Shown one piece after another: positions 10,647-21,700 of a DNA stretch of 64,000 nucleotides. The stretch is taken from contig CBFGRM010000005.1 of NCBI GenBank assembly GCA_965651205.1, positions 6,677 to 70,676 of the forward strand, written 5' to 3'. Each line of letters starts with the position of its first letter. Within the stretch, counting starts at the first letter, position 1. The stretch is from an uncultured bacterium (GTDB taxonomy: Bacteria; Gemmatimonadota; Gemmatimonadetes; Gemmatimonadales; GWC2-71-9). The position numbers and the translations under genes were made by a program. Below the pieces are notes generated by a model, which saw only the letters and a program-made list of their open reading frames with translations, searched no databases and was not told the origin of the DNA.

Positions 10647-12146
10647 ATGTCGTCCCTCGAGCCTCGTCTCCTGCCGCTGATCGACGGCGCCGAGCCCACG
10701 GTGGTGCACCTGGCGGCCGAGTACTATCCGTATGCCCGGACTGGTGGACTGGCCGAGGCGGCCTGGGGTCTGCACCGATTCCAGCACCGGCGCGGCCTCA
10801 ACACCGCCGCGATCGTGCCGCTGTACCAGGTCGCGCGCCCCCACCTCCGGCGGCTGGTCGCGGTGGGCGAAGCCTGGTCGCTCAGGTTCGGCGACAGGAC
10901 CGAGACATTCCGGCTCTGGCGCGATCAGGACCCCGCCTCCGAGACACCGGTGTGGTTTCTGCAGCACGACGATTTCTTCGATCGTGCCGGTATCTACGGC
11001 GAGCAGGGACGCGACTACCCCGACAACCATCTCCGCTTCGCCGCGTTTGCCGCTGCCGCGGTGACCATCCTGCCGCGCATCACCAGCGGACCGGTGCTGC
11101 TGCACGCGCACGACTGGCACGCGGCACTCGCCGCGGTGTACCTGCGCACCTGGGGCGCCGGCACGCCGTGGTACGATCGCATTCCGGTTTCCCTGTCGGT
11201 GCACAATGGCGGATATCAGGGTCACTTTCCTGCCGAAGTGATTCCGGAGATCGGACTGCCGTGGTCGGTGTACCACTTCTCGAAGATGGAATGGTACGGC
11301 AAGGCCAACTTCCTCAAGGGCGGCCTCACCCACTGCGATACCGCCACCACGGTGTCGCCATCGCACGCCGGCGAGCTGCGCACCATCGATGGCGGCTTCG
11401 GCCTGCATCAGGTCTATCAGGAACTCGGCGACAGGTTCGCCGGTGTGCTGAACGGCATCGACCAGTCGGTGTGGGATCCGGCCGCCGACTCGCTGATCGC
11501 CGCCAACTACGGCGCGGACGAGTTCGCCGGCAAGGCGGCCTGCAAGGCCGACCTGCAGCGTCGCTTCGGTCTGCCCGAACACGCTGACGTTCCGGTGGTG
11601 GCGCTGGCCGGCCGGATGGTGACCCAGAAGGGCCTGGACCTGGTGGTCCACAATCACGGCCTCTTCAACAGTGACGCACAGTTCGTGTTCCTCGGCAGTG
11701 GCGAGCAGAAGTTCGAGCAGGCACTGCACTCACTGGCCACCGCAATGCCCGATCGCGTCGGCGTGAACACCGCGTTCTCCGACGACCTGGAGCACGCGTT
11801 GATGGCCGGCGCCGACCTGTTCCTTATGCCGTCACAATACGAGCCGTGCGGTCTCACGCAGATGCGGGCACAACGCTACGGCACCATCCCTGTGGCACGG
11901 CGAGTGGGAGGATTGGCCGACACGATCGATGATGGTGTCAGCGGTTTCCTGTTCGACGCCTTCGATGAGCGCGCGCTTGCTGGCGGTATGTGGCGCGCCC
12001 TCACCGAACACGCGGCACCGGCTGCCTGGCGCACGATGCAGCACGAGGCGATGCAGCGCGACTTCAGTTGGGACGGGGTGGCCCGGAGCTACGAGGCGAT
12101 CTACGCTCGCGCAATCGCCCGGCGCGCCGCGATGCGGCAGCACTGA
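10647..12146 (+). CDS. glgA: Glycogen synthase (GT5)
   Basis: Start taken at ATG 10647 inside the longer ORF. It carries VVHLAAEYYPYARTGGLAEA (the K/RTGGL donor-binding motif) and a C-terminal GT-B region (FLMPSQYEPCGLTQM). Confidence 0.9.
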   Translation: MSSLEPRLLPLIDGAEPTVVHLAAEYYPYARTGGLAEAAWGLHRFQHRRGLNTAAIVPLYQVARPHLRRLVAVGEAWSLRFGDRTETFRLWRDQDPASETPVWFLQHDDFFDRAGIYGEQGRDYPDNHLRFAAFAAAAVTILPRITSGPVLLHAHDWHAALAAVYLRTWGAGTPWYDRIPVSLSVHNGGYQGHFPAEVIPEIGLPWSVYHFSKMEWYGKANFLKGGLTHCDTATTVSPSHAGELRTIDGGFGLHQVYQELGDRFAGVLNGIDQSVWDPAADSLIAANYGADEFAGKAACKADLQRRFGLPEHADVPVVALAGRMVTQKGLDLVVHNHGLFNSDAQFVFLGSGEQKFEQALHSLATAMPDRVGVNTAFSDDLEHALMAGADLFLMPSQYEPCGLTQMRAQRYGTIPVARRVGGLADTIDDGVSGFLFDAFDERALAGGMWRALTEHAAPAAWRTMQHEAMQRDFSWDGVARSYEAIYARAIARRAAMRQH

Positions 12147-13795
12147 TGCGATTCATCCTCACGCTGCATTCGCACCTGCCCTGGGTGCTGCATCACGGCC
12201 GCTGGCCGCACGGCAGCGACTGGATCGCCGAGGCCACCCTCGACACCTACCTGCCGCTGCTGGAGCTGCTCGACCGCGCCGAGCGCGAATCACTGGCAGT
12301 GCCCATCACCCTCGGTGTCACGCCGGTCCTGGCGGCCCAGTTGGCGCATCCGTCGTTCCGGGTGGAGGTCGATGCCTACTTCGCGCACCGCCTGGAGACG
12401 ATAGAGGAGGCGCCGGAGTCGCTGGCCGAAGCCGGCGACAACGAGTTGCTGCCGGTGGTCGAGTTCTGGCGCCAGCACATCTCCCGGCTGCACCAATTCT
12501 GGCAGGGCATCGACGGTGACATCCTCGGCGAAATCCGTCGCCACGCCGATTCAGGCAGAATCGAGCTGATCTCGTCGGCTGCCACCCACGGCTTCCTGCC
12601 GTTGCTGGGTCGCGACGAATCGATCCGGTTGCAGTTGCTGGTGGGCCGGGCGGAGCACCTGCGACACTTTGGTGAGCTGCCCACCGGCTGCTGGCTGCCC
12701 GAGTGCGCCTATCGTCCCGCAGGTCCCTGGGCACCGCGGGATGGTGCACCGGCCTCTCCACACCGAGTCGGCATCGAGCAGCATCTCCGTTACGCGTCGT
12801 TCCGCTGGTTCACCGTGGACGCGCACCTGGCCGAGGCCGGTGAGGCCTGGCAGATGTATGGTGGCCGCGCCACGAAACGCGAAAGCGCGCCCGCACCTCG
12901 ATCGCCGTATCGTGCCTGGCAGGTGGCGCCGGTGCCCGAGCGGGGCCGGCCGGTGAACGTGCTGGTCCGCGACCCGCGCACTACTGCGCAGGTGTGGAGC
13001 CGCCACGGTGGCTACCCCGGCGACGGCCGCTATCTGGAGTTCCACAAGATCCGCTATCCTGGCGGACTCAAGCTGTGGCGGGTGACCGACGCCAACGCCG
13101 ACCTGGGCGCCAAGCAGCCCTACGAGCGGAGCGCCGCGATGGACGCCGCAAGCCATCACGCCCGCCATTTCACCGGCGTGCTGGACACGGTCGCCGACGG
13201 GGCCACCGACGGGGATTCCGCCATAGTGGCCCCCTTCGACACCGAGCTGTTCGGCCACTGGTGGTTTGAGGGGGTCGAATGGCTCCACAATTTGTACCGC
13301 CTGCTCGATAATCCGGGGATGCCCCTGCCCTCGACCGCCTCCGCTCATCTGGCCGCCTCGCCACCCGAAGCGGCAATCGCGATGCAGGCCGGTTCGTGGG
13401 GCAAGGATGGCGATTTCTCGATGTGGCTCAACGACGAGGTCGCCTGGACCTGGCAGCGGTTGTGGCCGCTGGAGCAGCGCTTCTGGGACGCCGTCCCCGA
13501 AGCGCTCGCGCATCAGCGTGCGATTCCGGTGCTGGAGCAGGCTGCGCGCGAGTTGCTGCTGGCCCAGTCGTCAGACTGGCAATTCATCATCTCCACCGGT
13601 GCGGCTGGTGACTACGCCACCGATCGGTTCAACGGTCACTGTGACGCGCTCGAATCACTGCTGCCGGCTCTCGAGTCGGGGGCTGGCGATCTCGACGGTG
13701 CGCTGGCTGCGGCGGCGCGACTGCGCGACATCGACGGACCGTTCGAGAACATCGCCGGCGCCATCGCCGCCGCCTCGGACCTGCCCCCAGGGTGA
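12146..13795 (+). CDS. GH57-family 1,4-alpha-glucan branching enzyme
   Basis: ATG 12146 overlaps the glgA stop (ATGA). It has FILTLHSHLPWV, the nucleophile region GCWLPECAY, and the acid/base region PFDTELFGHWWFEG, all typical of GH57 branching enzymes. Confidence 0.85.
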   Translation: MRFILTLHSHLPWVLHHGRWPHGSDWIAEATLDTYLPLLELLDRAERESLAVPITLGVTPVLAAQLAHPSFRVEVDAYFAHRLETIEEAPESLAEAGDNELLPVVEFWRQHISRLHQFWQGIDGDILGEIRRHADSGRIELISSAATHGFLPLLGRDESIRLQLLVGRAEHLRHFGELPTGCWLPECAYRPAGPWAPRDGAPASPHRVGIEQHLRYASFRWFTVDAHLAEAGEAWQMYGGRATKRESAPAPRSPYRAWQVAPVPERGRPVNVLVRDPRTTAQVWSRHGGYPGDGRYLEFHKIRYPGGLKLWRVTDANADLGAKQPYERSAAMDAASHHARHFTGVLDTVADGATDGDSAIVAPFDTELFGHWWFEGVEWLHNLYRLLDNPGMPLPSTASAHLAASPPEAAIAMQAGSWGKDGDFSMWLNDEVAWTWQRLWPLEQRFWDAVPEALAHQRAIPVLEQAARELLLAQSSDWQFIISTGAAGDYATDRFNGHCDALESLLPALESGAGDLDGALAAAARLRDIDGPFENIAGAIAAASDLPPG

Positions 13796-15789
13796 TCCCG
13801 GTGCAGCGTCTCCTGGTACACGCCCACTGCTATCAACCACCGCGCGAAGACCCGTGGCTGGAGCTGGTGGCGCGCGAGCCCTCGGCCGCACCGGATCACG
13901 ACTGGAATGTGCGCATCACCCGTGAGTGCTACACCCCCCTGGGCACCGCACCTGTGCTCGATGCCGAGGGACGGATCCGGCGGGTGATCAACGCGTGGGA
14001 ATGGCTGTCGTTCGACGTGGGACCGACACTGGTGAGCTGGCTGGAACGCAACGCGTCCTCCGTGCTGGAGGCGATGGTTGCCGGCGACCGGGCCGCAATC
14101 CGTCGCACCGGACACGGCACCGCGATCGCCGCACCATATCATCACGTGATCCTCCCGCTGGCATCAAGACGCGACAAGAAAACCGAGGTGCGCTGGGGCA
14201 TCGCCGATTTTCAGCGGGTGTTCGGCCGCGCACCGCGGGGAATGTGGCTGCCCGAGACCGCCGTCGACGAGGAGACGTTGGAGGTGCTCGCCGAGGCGGG
14301 CATCGCGTTCACATTGCTGGCACCTCACCAGGTGCAGGATGTCTCTCCCGACGGCGGCCCGGTACGCTGGCGTGGCAACGGTCGCGAGATGCTGCTGATT
14401 CCCTACGACGGCGCCCTGTCGCACGGCGTGGCATTCGGTAACCTGCTGCAGGACGCCGATCGCCTTCACTCGGCGATCCGCGAGCGACGAACGGAAAAGG
14501 GAGACACCGAATCCGGTCCGGCCTCGAATCCCCGGCCGCCGATTTCCGTCATCGCCGTCGACGGCGAGACCTTCGGGCATCATCACCGCTTCGGCGACCT
14601 CGGTATCGCGGCATTGCTCGACCGGGTGCGCGACGATCCGACCATCCGGATCGTCAACTCCGAGCAGGTGGTCGCCGAGCGCGACGAGCCGCCGACCAGC
14701 GGGATTGTCCCCGAGAGCTCGTGGAGCTGTGCGCACGGTGTCGAGCGGTGGCGAAGCGATTGTGGCTGCCGGATGGACCCCGACAGCAGGCAAGGTTGGC
14801 GTGCCCCGCTTCGTCGCGGGCTGGAGCTGCTGTCGGACCGCCTCTCCGCGGTGATTGCGCGCGACTGGCCGCCGGCCGCCGGCTCGCTCGATGACATCGG
14901 GACGCCGAGCACTGCGGGGGAGTTGCCCGACTCACGCGACAGTCGCCGACTGTCGGAACTCGAACGCCACCGACTGGCGATGTTCACCTCTTGCGGCTGG
15001 TTCTTCGACGACATCGCACGGATCGAACCGCGCATCGTGCTCCGCCACGCCGCCCGCGCACTCGACCTGATCGACCCGGCCGAGTCGGCAGATCTGGAAA
15101 CGGCACTGGTGGCAACGCTTTCCGAAGCGAAGGCCAATGATCCCGCCGACGGCGACGGTGCGGAGATCTGGCACCGGGACGTGATCCCGGGACGACTTGC
15201 TCCCGAGAGACTGGCGGCAGGATTCCTGGCACTCAGGGAATTCGAGCGCGAGCAACCAATCGAGCTCGACCTGCCGACTCACGGCTGGGAATTCGACGGC
15301 ACCAGTCTGCTGCTCACCGAGCGTCGAACTGGTCGCTCGGAACGGTGGCGCGGTGAAGTGGTGACGATGGGCGTGGTGGCCAGCCGGGTTCACGTGCAGC
15401 GGGTGGACAAGGGCGGCACCACGGTCGTGGAGGCGATCGATTTCCCCGAGCCACTCCGTGAGCGACTCGCCACGGTGGCAGCGGCCTATGTGCTCGACGT
15501 GACCTTGCACGGCGATGCCCGACGTGCCCTCGACGCCGGCGAGTTGGCGCCGCTCGGCGCCCGTCGTGCAGCCCTGAACGGGGCGCTCTCGATGGTGCGT
15601 GCCGCAGGTCTCGAGGGCGACGGCGACCTGCTGCTGCACGGCGTGCTCGATCTGTATGCGCTGGCGGGCGACTGGCCTTCGCTGGAGGAACGCGCGGCGG
15701 TGTGGCGTGAACTGGCCAGCTTGCCGGCCACGCCGAGACGCAACCGGCTCGCCGAGCGACTGTCCCTGGTTCTCCCCGAGGATCTGTGA
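13792..15789 (+). CDS. GH57-family glycoside hydrolase, DUF3536-type, specificity unknown
   Basis: GTG 13792 sits in a GTGA overlap. It has LLVHAHCYQPPRED, GMWLPETAV (putative nucleophile Glu) and AVDGETFGHHH (putative acid/base Asp). Confidence 0.8.
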   Translation: MIPVQRLLVHAHCYQPPREDPWLELVAREPSAAPDHDWNVRITRECYTPLGTAPVLDAEGRIRRVINAWEWLSFDVGPTLVSWLERNASSVLEAMVAGDRAAIRRTGHGTAIAAPYHHVILPLASRRDKKTEVRWGIADFQRVFGRAPRGMWLPETAVDEETLEVLAEAGIAFTLLAPHQVQDVSPDGGPVRWRGNGREMLLIPYDGALSHGVAFGNLLQDADRLHSAIRERRTEKGDTESGPASNPRPPISVIAVDGETFGHHHRFGDLGIAALLDRVRDDPTIRIVNSEQVVAERDEPPTSGIVPESSWSCAHGVERWRSDCGCRMDPDSRQGWRAPLRRGLELLSDRLSAVIARDWPPAAGSLDDIGTPSTAGELPDSRDSRRLSELERHRLAMFTSCGWFFDDIARIEPRIVLRHAARALDLIDPAESADLETALVATLSEAKANDPADGDGAEIWHRDVIPGRLAPERLAAGFLALREFEREQPIELDLPTHGWEFDGTSLLLTERRTGRSERWRGEVVTMGVVASRVHVQRVDKGGTTVVEAIDFPEPLRERLATVAAAYVLDVTLHGDARRALDAGELAPLGARRAALNGALSMVRAAGLEGDGDLLLHGVLDLYALAGDWPSLEERAAVWRELASLPATPRRNRLAERLSLVLPEDL

Positions 15790-17711
15790 CACCGCCGCTG
15801 AGGTTCTGCCTGGGGCTCCACCTGCACCAGCCGATCGGCAACTTCGACTCGGTGTTCCGCGATCACGTCGACGCGGTCTATGACCCGCTCCTGACCGGGC
15901 TGGAAGAGGGCCAGGCCTGGCCGGTGACACTTCACGTGTCGGGGCCGCTGCTGGATTGGCTCGAACGACACGCACCTGCACTGGTCGACCGGATTGGTGT
16001 TCACGTCGCGGACCGGCGCATCGAACTGCTCGCCGCTGGCAACGACGAACCGATTCTCGCAGCACTGTCGGCCGAGGATCGAGTTGCCCAGGTGGTGAGG
16101 CATCGCGAACGATTGCTGGGACGATTCGGAATCGACGCAGGTGGTCTCTGGCTCACCGAGCGGGTGTGGGAGGGCGACCTTCCGCGCGACCTGGCGCGGG
16201 CCGGTATCCGGTTCGTGGTGATTGACGATCGCCATCTCCGGGTGACCGGAGTGCCGATATCCGAGCTCCACCAGCCGTGGACCACCGAGTACGACGGTCA
16301 CACGCTCACGGTGCTCGCCATCGACCAGCGACTCCGCTACCTGGTGCCGTTCCGCCCGGTCGACGAACTGGAGGGCTACCTCCGATCCCTGCGCGCCGAG
16401 GGACAGGTGCTGGCGGTGCTGGCCGACGACGGGGAGAAATTCGGTGGCTGGCCGGGCACGGCCAAGTGGGTTTGGCAGGATGGCTGGTTCGCCGATTTCA
16501 CTGCCCGGATGCGGACGCTGCGCGAGAGTGGCGCGGTGGTGTTCAGTACGATGGCAGATGCGATCGCGGCGATTCCGTCGCGAGGCCCGGTATACCTGCC
16601 TAGCGCGTCGTACCACGAAATGGAGCGATGGGCACTGCCGCCGGTGCAGGCGCGTCGGCTGGCCCTCCTCGAATCCGCACCGCTGCAGCACCAGCCGGGT
16701 GCCGACGACGAGGCCCTGCTCCGCGGCACTCACTGGCGCAACTTTCTGGCGAAGTATCCGGAGTCGAACCGGCTCCACAAGGTTATGCAGCACCTGTCGC
16801 GCACCTGTCGGGCGGCGGATGACCCCGTCGAGGTGCGCTACCACATCAGTCGAGCCCAGTGCAATGACGCTTACTGGCACGGTGTCTTCGGCGGTATCTA
16901 CCTGCCGTTCCTCCGCGGTGCGTTGTGGCGTGAGCTGGCTGCCGCGGCACGAATGCTGTACCAGGACGAGCCGCTGCGTGCGGAGAGCACCGACATCGAC
17001 GGCGACGGCAACCTGGAGGTGCTGATCACCTCACCGGCATTCCTCGCAGTGGTGTCACCCCATCGCGGCGGGGCCGTCGAGGTGCTGCTCGATCTCGCTC
17101 TCGGCGTCAATCTGGCCGACACAATGACTCGTCACGAGGAGGCCTATCACCCCGCCGACACCGGGGAAAGCGGCGAGATCCCCTTGATAGAACCGGTGGC
17201 AGCAGATGGAACGGCGTCGATTCACGACCTGGAAACCACCGTCGACCAGCGTCCCCCGATCGACAGCGTGGCGCGTGCGCTGCTGGTGGATCGTTTCGTG
17301 GCACCGTCGTGCAACGAGGAGGACTTCCGCAGCGGCGCCCCGCCGGTGGTGCGCGACATCGCGACCACATCACTGGCGGCCACGGTGAGCGTCGATTCCG
17401 GCAGTGCCAGCATCGAATGCGAGGCACCGGGCTTCCGCAAGCTGATCACGTTCGACCTGGTGGGTCACGTGTCGGTGGAGTGGCAGTGGAACGCGCCCGA
17501 TGTCGGCCTGGCCAACGGAATCTCGTTCACCACCGAGCTGTCACTCGCCACGTCGGTGGAGATCGAGTCCGACCAGGCCACCAGGTGGGAGTATCCGATC
17601 GAGACCGTGTCCAGGAGCGAGAGCGGCTTCGATCGCACCGAGCAGGGTCGGGCAGTGGTGTTGAGCTGGCCCGCCAGCCAGGGCCTGGCGCGGGTGGTTA
17701 TCAGGCGCTAG
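15786..17711 (+). CDS. GH57-family alpha-amylase/4-alpha-glucanotransferase-like protein
   Basis: GTG 15786 sits in a GTGA overlap. It has FCLGLHLHQPIGNF, GLWLTERVWE and LADDGEKFGGWPG, the same three GH57 conserved regions as the two upstream paralogues. Confidence 0.8.
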   Translation: MTPPLRFCLGLHLHQPIGNFDSVFRDHVDAVYDPLLTGLEEGQAWPVTLHVSGPLLDWLERHAPALVDRIGVHVADRRIELLAAGNDEPILAALSAEDRVAQVVRHRERLLGRFGIDAGGLWLTERVWEGDLPRDLARAGIRFVVIDDRHLRVTGVPISELHQPWTTEYDGHTLTVLAIDQRLRYLVPFRPVDELEGYLRSLRAEGQVLAVLADDGEKFGGWPGTAKWVWQDGWFADFTARMRTLRESGAVVFSTMADAIAAIPSRGPVYLPSASYHEMERWALPPVQARRLALLESAPLQHQPGADDEALLRGTHWRNFLAKYPESNRLHKVMQHLSRTCRAADDPVEVRYHISRAQCNDAYWHGVFGGIYLPFLRGALWRELAAAARMLYQDEPLRAESTDIDGDGNLEVLITSPAFLAVVSPHRGGAVEVLLDLALGVNLADTMTRHEEAYHPADTGESGEIPLIEPVAADGTASIHDLETTVDQRPPIDSVARALLVDRFVAPSCNEEDFRSGAPPVVRDIATTSLAATVSVDSGSASIECEAPGFRKLITFDLVGHVSVEWQWNAPDVGLANGISFTTELSLATSVEIESDQATRWEYPIETVSRSESGFDRTEQGRAVVLSWPASQGLARVVIRR

Positions 17712-18769
17712 CGGCGAAGCGGCACGTCCAGCGGGACTCGCACCACCAACCGGTACGACAGTTCCCACGGCGTGTTGAAGAACGCCTCGCTCTCCTCGTC
17801 GTCGATCCGGTGCCAGCGAATCTCCGCGTCCATCGAGGTACCGGCGCGGGTCCTCACCCGCTTCGACAACCCCAGCTCGACGTACTTGCGCTCACTGCGA
17901 TAGAACCCGGCATCCTCACCAGGTGAGCCGTAGTTGGCGTCGCCGGCAGCGGCGTGGAAGTCCCTGCCCCACCAGCGGATCACGAACATTTCGATGTCCC
18001 ATATCGGTGTTGCCGACACGCGAAGCCAGGTACCGGACCCGTTGGCGGGTCGATCGACCGGGTAGTCGGGATCCAGGTGACCGTCGCTCCATAGACGCGA
18101 CACCTGGATCGACGACTTGCCGGCCACGGCGATCGAGTCGTGCAGCCGCAATCCGGCCGAGGTGACCCGGTTGTTGCTCACCGGCACGCCGGCATCGTAC
18201 AACTGGCCGCCGCGATGCGACCAGAGGTGTTGCGCGGTGGCCGCGAGCCAGGGTTGCACGGCAATGTCGAGCACTGCCCCCGCCTCGAACTCCTCGCGCT
18301 GTTGCGGGGTGTTGAGCCTGCGCCAGTTGAGCCACACCTCGGCGTCGACCGGGCCGCGACGCTCGCGCCACTGCAGGCCATACTCGATCGGGGTGGTGAG
18401 TTCACGGGTGCTGACCATAACCGGGTCGATCAGGCGATGGCGGCGTTCGCTGTCGAGGGTGCCGAGGATGCCTGTGGAGTGACGACCGCGATAGGCCACC
18501 GAGAGCACCGGCTTGATCGAGTCGACGAACTCGCCACTGCCCCAGCGGCGGTCGACGCTGATTCCCGCCCGCAACGAAACGTTGTGATCGGCAGCCGCCG
18601 AGATCCACGACCCTACCTGGCCACCGAAGATGGTCTCCCCGGTGCGGTACGGCGTGAAGAACTCGGTGTTGTCGGCGTAGAAGGTGGCCCGTGTCTGCCA
18701 ATCGATCCGCTGGGCGGCGAGGGGCGAGGTGAACGGAATGAGGAGCGCCGCCGCGATGGTGAGCCTCAC
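17708..18769 (-). CDS. Predicted outer-membrane beta-barrel protein, unknown function
   Basis: Signal peptide MRLTIAAALLIPFTSPLAAQ. Alternating amphipathic strands are rich in aromatic residues, with an aromatic-rich C-terminal region. The GTG start overlaps the stop of the upstream kinase (GTGA). Confidence 0.6.
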   Translation of the reverse strand: MRLTIAAALLIPFTSPLAAQRIDWQTRATFYADNTEFFTPYRTGETIFGGQVGSWISAAADHNVSLRAGISVDRRWGSGEFVDSIKPVLSVAYRGRHSTGILGTLDSERRHRLIDPVMVSTRELTTPIEYGLQWRERRGPVDAEVWLNWRRLNTPQQREEFEAGAVLDIAVQPWLAATAQHLWSHRGGQLYDAGVPVSNNRVTSAGLRLHDSIAVAGKSSIQVSRLWSDGHLDPDYPVDRPANGSGTWLRVSATPIWDIEMFVIRWWGRDFHAAAGDANYGSPGEDAGFYRSERKYVELGLSKRVRTRAGTSMDAEIRWHRIDDEESEAFFNTPWELSYRLVVRVPLDVPLRR

Positions 18770-21700
18770 CCCGTCTCACCGCGAAGCCGGGCGATTCGTT
18801 CGCGGATTTCCCTGACCTTGGGCTGGAGCTCCGGATCGGCATCGGCCCATTGAGTGGTCAACTGCAGGTAGTAGTCGATCGCCCTGGCGCGATCACCCCT
18901 GGCCTCGTGCAATTCTCCCATCCGCCGCAGCACATCAGCCCTGAAGATTGCGTCCGTCAATCCATCCGGGTCCAAGCCCTGCAGGAACTTCTCGAATGAC
19001 ACGATCGCGGAGTCGGGTCGACCCGACTCCATATAGGCGATCCCCCGGTACACCTGGGCAGTCCGGATCGGAATTGCGAAACCTCGCTCCGCAGCGGTGA
19101 TCGAGCTGATCACATCATCCCACCTGCGCTCGGCATAGGCCACCATACTGGCATACTCGGCGCGGCGTGCCACCGGATCGCCATCGATGGATGCCTGGTC
19201 CCGTTCCCATCCCTCGAGTCCCTGCCGCGCCAGGTCGGCATCTCCCATAACCGCGCCCAGGGAGTTCAGGTAGCTCCAGGGTCGCCGGCTGGCCGGGATC
19301 TCCCTGATCGGAGTCCGGTCCAGGGCACGGCGCACCATTGCCGCTGCCGCTTCGGGGTCGCCGTACATTGCCTCGAGGTAGGCGGAGTCGAGGGCGGCGT
19401 TGATCTGGTTGGCAACGCCGGGCTCGGCATCTTCCAGTGTCTCCCTGTACCGTGCCAGCCAACGGCGGGTTTCCGATATCTGGCCGCGATACTCCGCCAG
19501 GGTCGCGAGCTTGAAGGTCGAGCCTAGACCCTGCCGCAATGATCTGGGGTCGGCGGCTATGGCGGCGGCAATGGAATCCGCAGTCTTCGGATCGCCCTTG
19601 CCCCAGGCCGCGTGCCACTCTGCTTCCCAGAAGTCGATGCTTTCGGGCAGCGTGGCGCGGTACAGTTCCACCGTCGAATCGAGCGCAGCAGCCGAGCGAC
19701 GGTTGCGGATCTGCGAGAGGAGCAGGTTGACGAAACCTCCTCCGAATGCCCGCGGCAGTCGCACCACCTTGCGATAATACTGCTCGGCCTTCTCGTACTG
19801 GTGCATCTCGGAGAAGATGCTTGCGGCATTGTTGAGCGCCGCGGTACTCAGTGAATCGAGGTCGGCTGCGGACTCGTAGGCTGCGAGAGCCTTGGACAAA
19901 TCGCGCTCCGGTCCGCGGGAATAGTAGAACCCCTCGGTGAGCAGCCGTTCCATTTCGGTGAGCCGATCCCGGTGCCGGTAGGCGGTCGAGATCGCATCGA
20001 GCATCCCGTCGTAATCGCGCCCAGTGTTGCTGATCAGGACGGCCAGCTTGCGCCAGGCCATCGCGAATGCCGTGTCGATCGCCACTGCCTCCCTCAGCAG
20101 CGCAATGCCACGCTCGGACTCACCCTTCTCGTCGGCAAGTCGCGATCCCTCCACATACTTGCGCAATGCGATCAGCGATGGAGTGGTGACCCGCTCCAGT
20201 TCGCTGCTGGCGCGGATGGTCCTGAGGGACTCGCCCGCCCTGGAGCGCACCTCACGCGCCAGCCGCCCCAGTGCCGGCAGGATGTCGTTCTCGTCGGCAG
20301 CCTCCTGACGGAACACCGCCAGGTCGGTGCCCTCCAGCGTGGAGACCAGCCGTGCCGTGATGACGTAACGCTTACCCACCTGCGAGATCCCGCCGTCAAG
20401 CACCGCCTTGGCGCCCTCCCGGGTGGCGATCTCGCGGGCCACGTCGTAGAGCACCGATTCCTCGACGGGTCGCTGCATCAGCAGCATCGCCTCGCGGATC
20501 TCGGAACGGGTCAGGATGTCGAGTGAACTCGACTGGGCAAGGTCAGCCCGCAGTGCCTCGGCGAGGGTGACGCCCAGGGTTGAATCGCTGGGTGGAGAAC
20601 GGAAGTCGGCGATCATCAGGGCTTCGTCGGAACCGAAGGTGCCCTTTGCCTGCAGCGAGGCCATCGGCCCGATGCCCATCGCGCGCATCACCATAAATGC
20701 CACCACAAGCAGTGCGAAGCCGCCCACCGCGACCGCGCCACCCAGCCAGGCGCGCCGCCACGACAGGTGCGGGCTGGCCTTGATGGCCAGGGTCGCCATC
20801 GTGCCCTGAGCCGCCGGGGTTCGCTGCGGCGTTGCGGTCAACACCCGATGGGTCACTCGCTGCACCCACGCGGTCACCAGCAGCACCGGCAGGCCAGCCA
20901 GCATCACGCCAAACGATCCCGGCAACACCCAATCGGGGAGACCGATCGCGTCGCGTGCCGCCCAGGCAGTCAAACTCACCAGCGCGGTTGCAACCGCCCA
21001 GATCGCCAGTGCTCGACCGAGCCGGATCCTGCCGCCCTTCAGGATGGCGGGCACGGTCACCACACCGCCGCTGGAGGTGATCGTGTCGAGGACACGCACA
21101 ATCTCGGCCGCGGTCTGGGGGCGCTCGGCCGGATCCTTGGCCAGGCAAGTCATCACCAGGGCGGCCAGCGGTGCCGGGCAATCCGGACGCAGCTCGAGCA
21201 CCGAGACCGGCTCTTCACTCAGGTGGGCGGCCAGCAGCTTGGTCGGTGTCGACGCGACGAACGGCGTGCGACCGGCGATGATCTCGTACGCCATCACCCC
21301 GAAGGCGTAAAGGTCGGCACGGTGATCAGTGTCGGGATCACCAGCGGCCTGCTCGGGCGCCATATACGCCGGTGTGCCGATCGAGGTGCCGACCTGGGTG
21401 AGGGTGGCGCCGTGCTGGCCGGCATCGGTGCGCGCGGCGCTGATTGCCTTCGCGATCCCGAAGTCGGTGACAGTGGCGCTGCCGGCGGAAAGCAGCACGT
21501 TGTCCGGCTTGATGTCGCGGTGGACTATCCCCTGCCCGTGTGCGTAGGCCAGCGCGCGTGCCACGTCGCGCAGAATGCTGACCGCCTCACCGATCGGCAG
21601 CGCACCGTGCTCCAGCCGCTGCCGCAGCGAGTCGCCATCCACGTATGGCATCGTGAACCAGGGCAGGTCGTCGATCTCGCCTGCGGTCAGCACCGGAACC

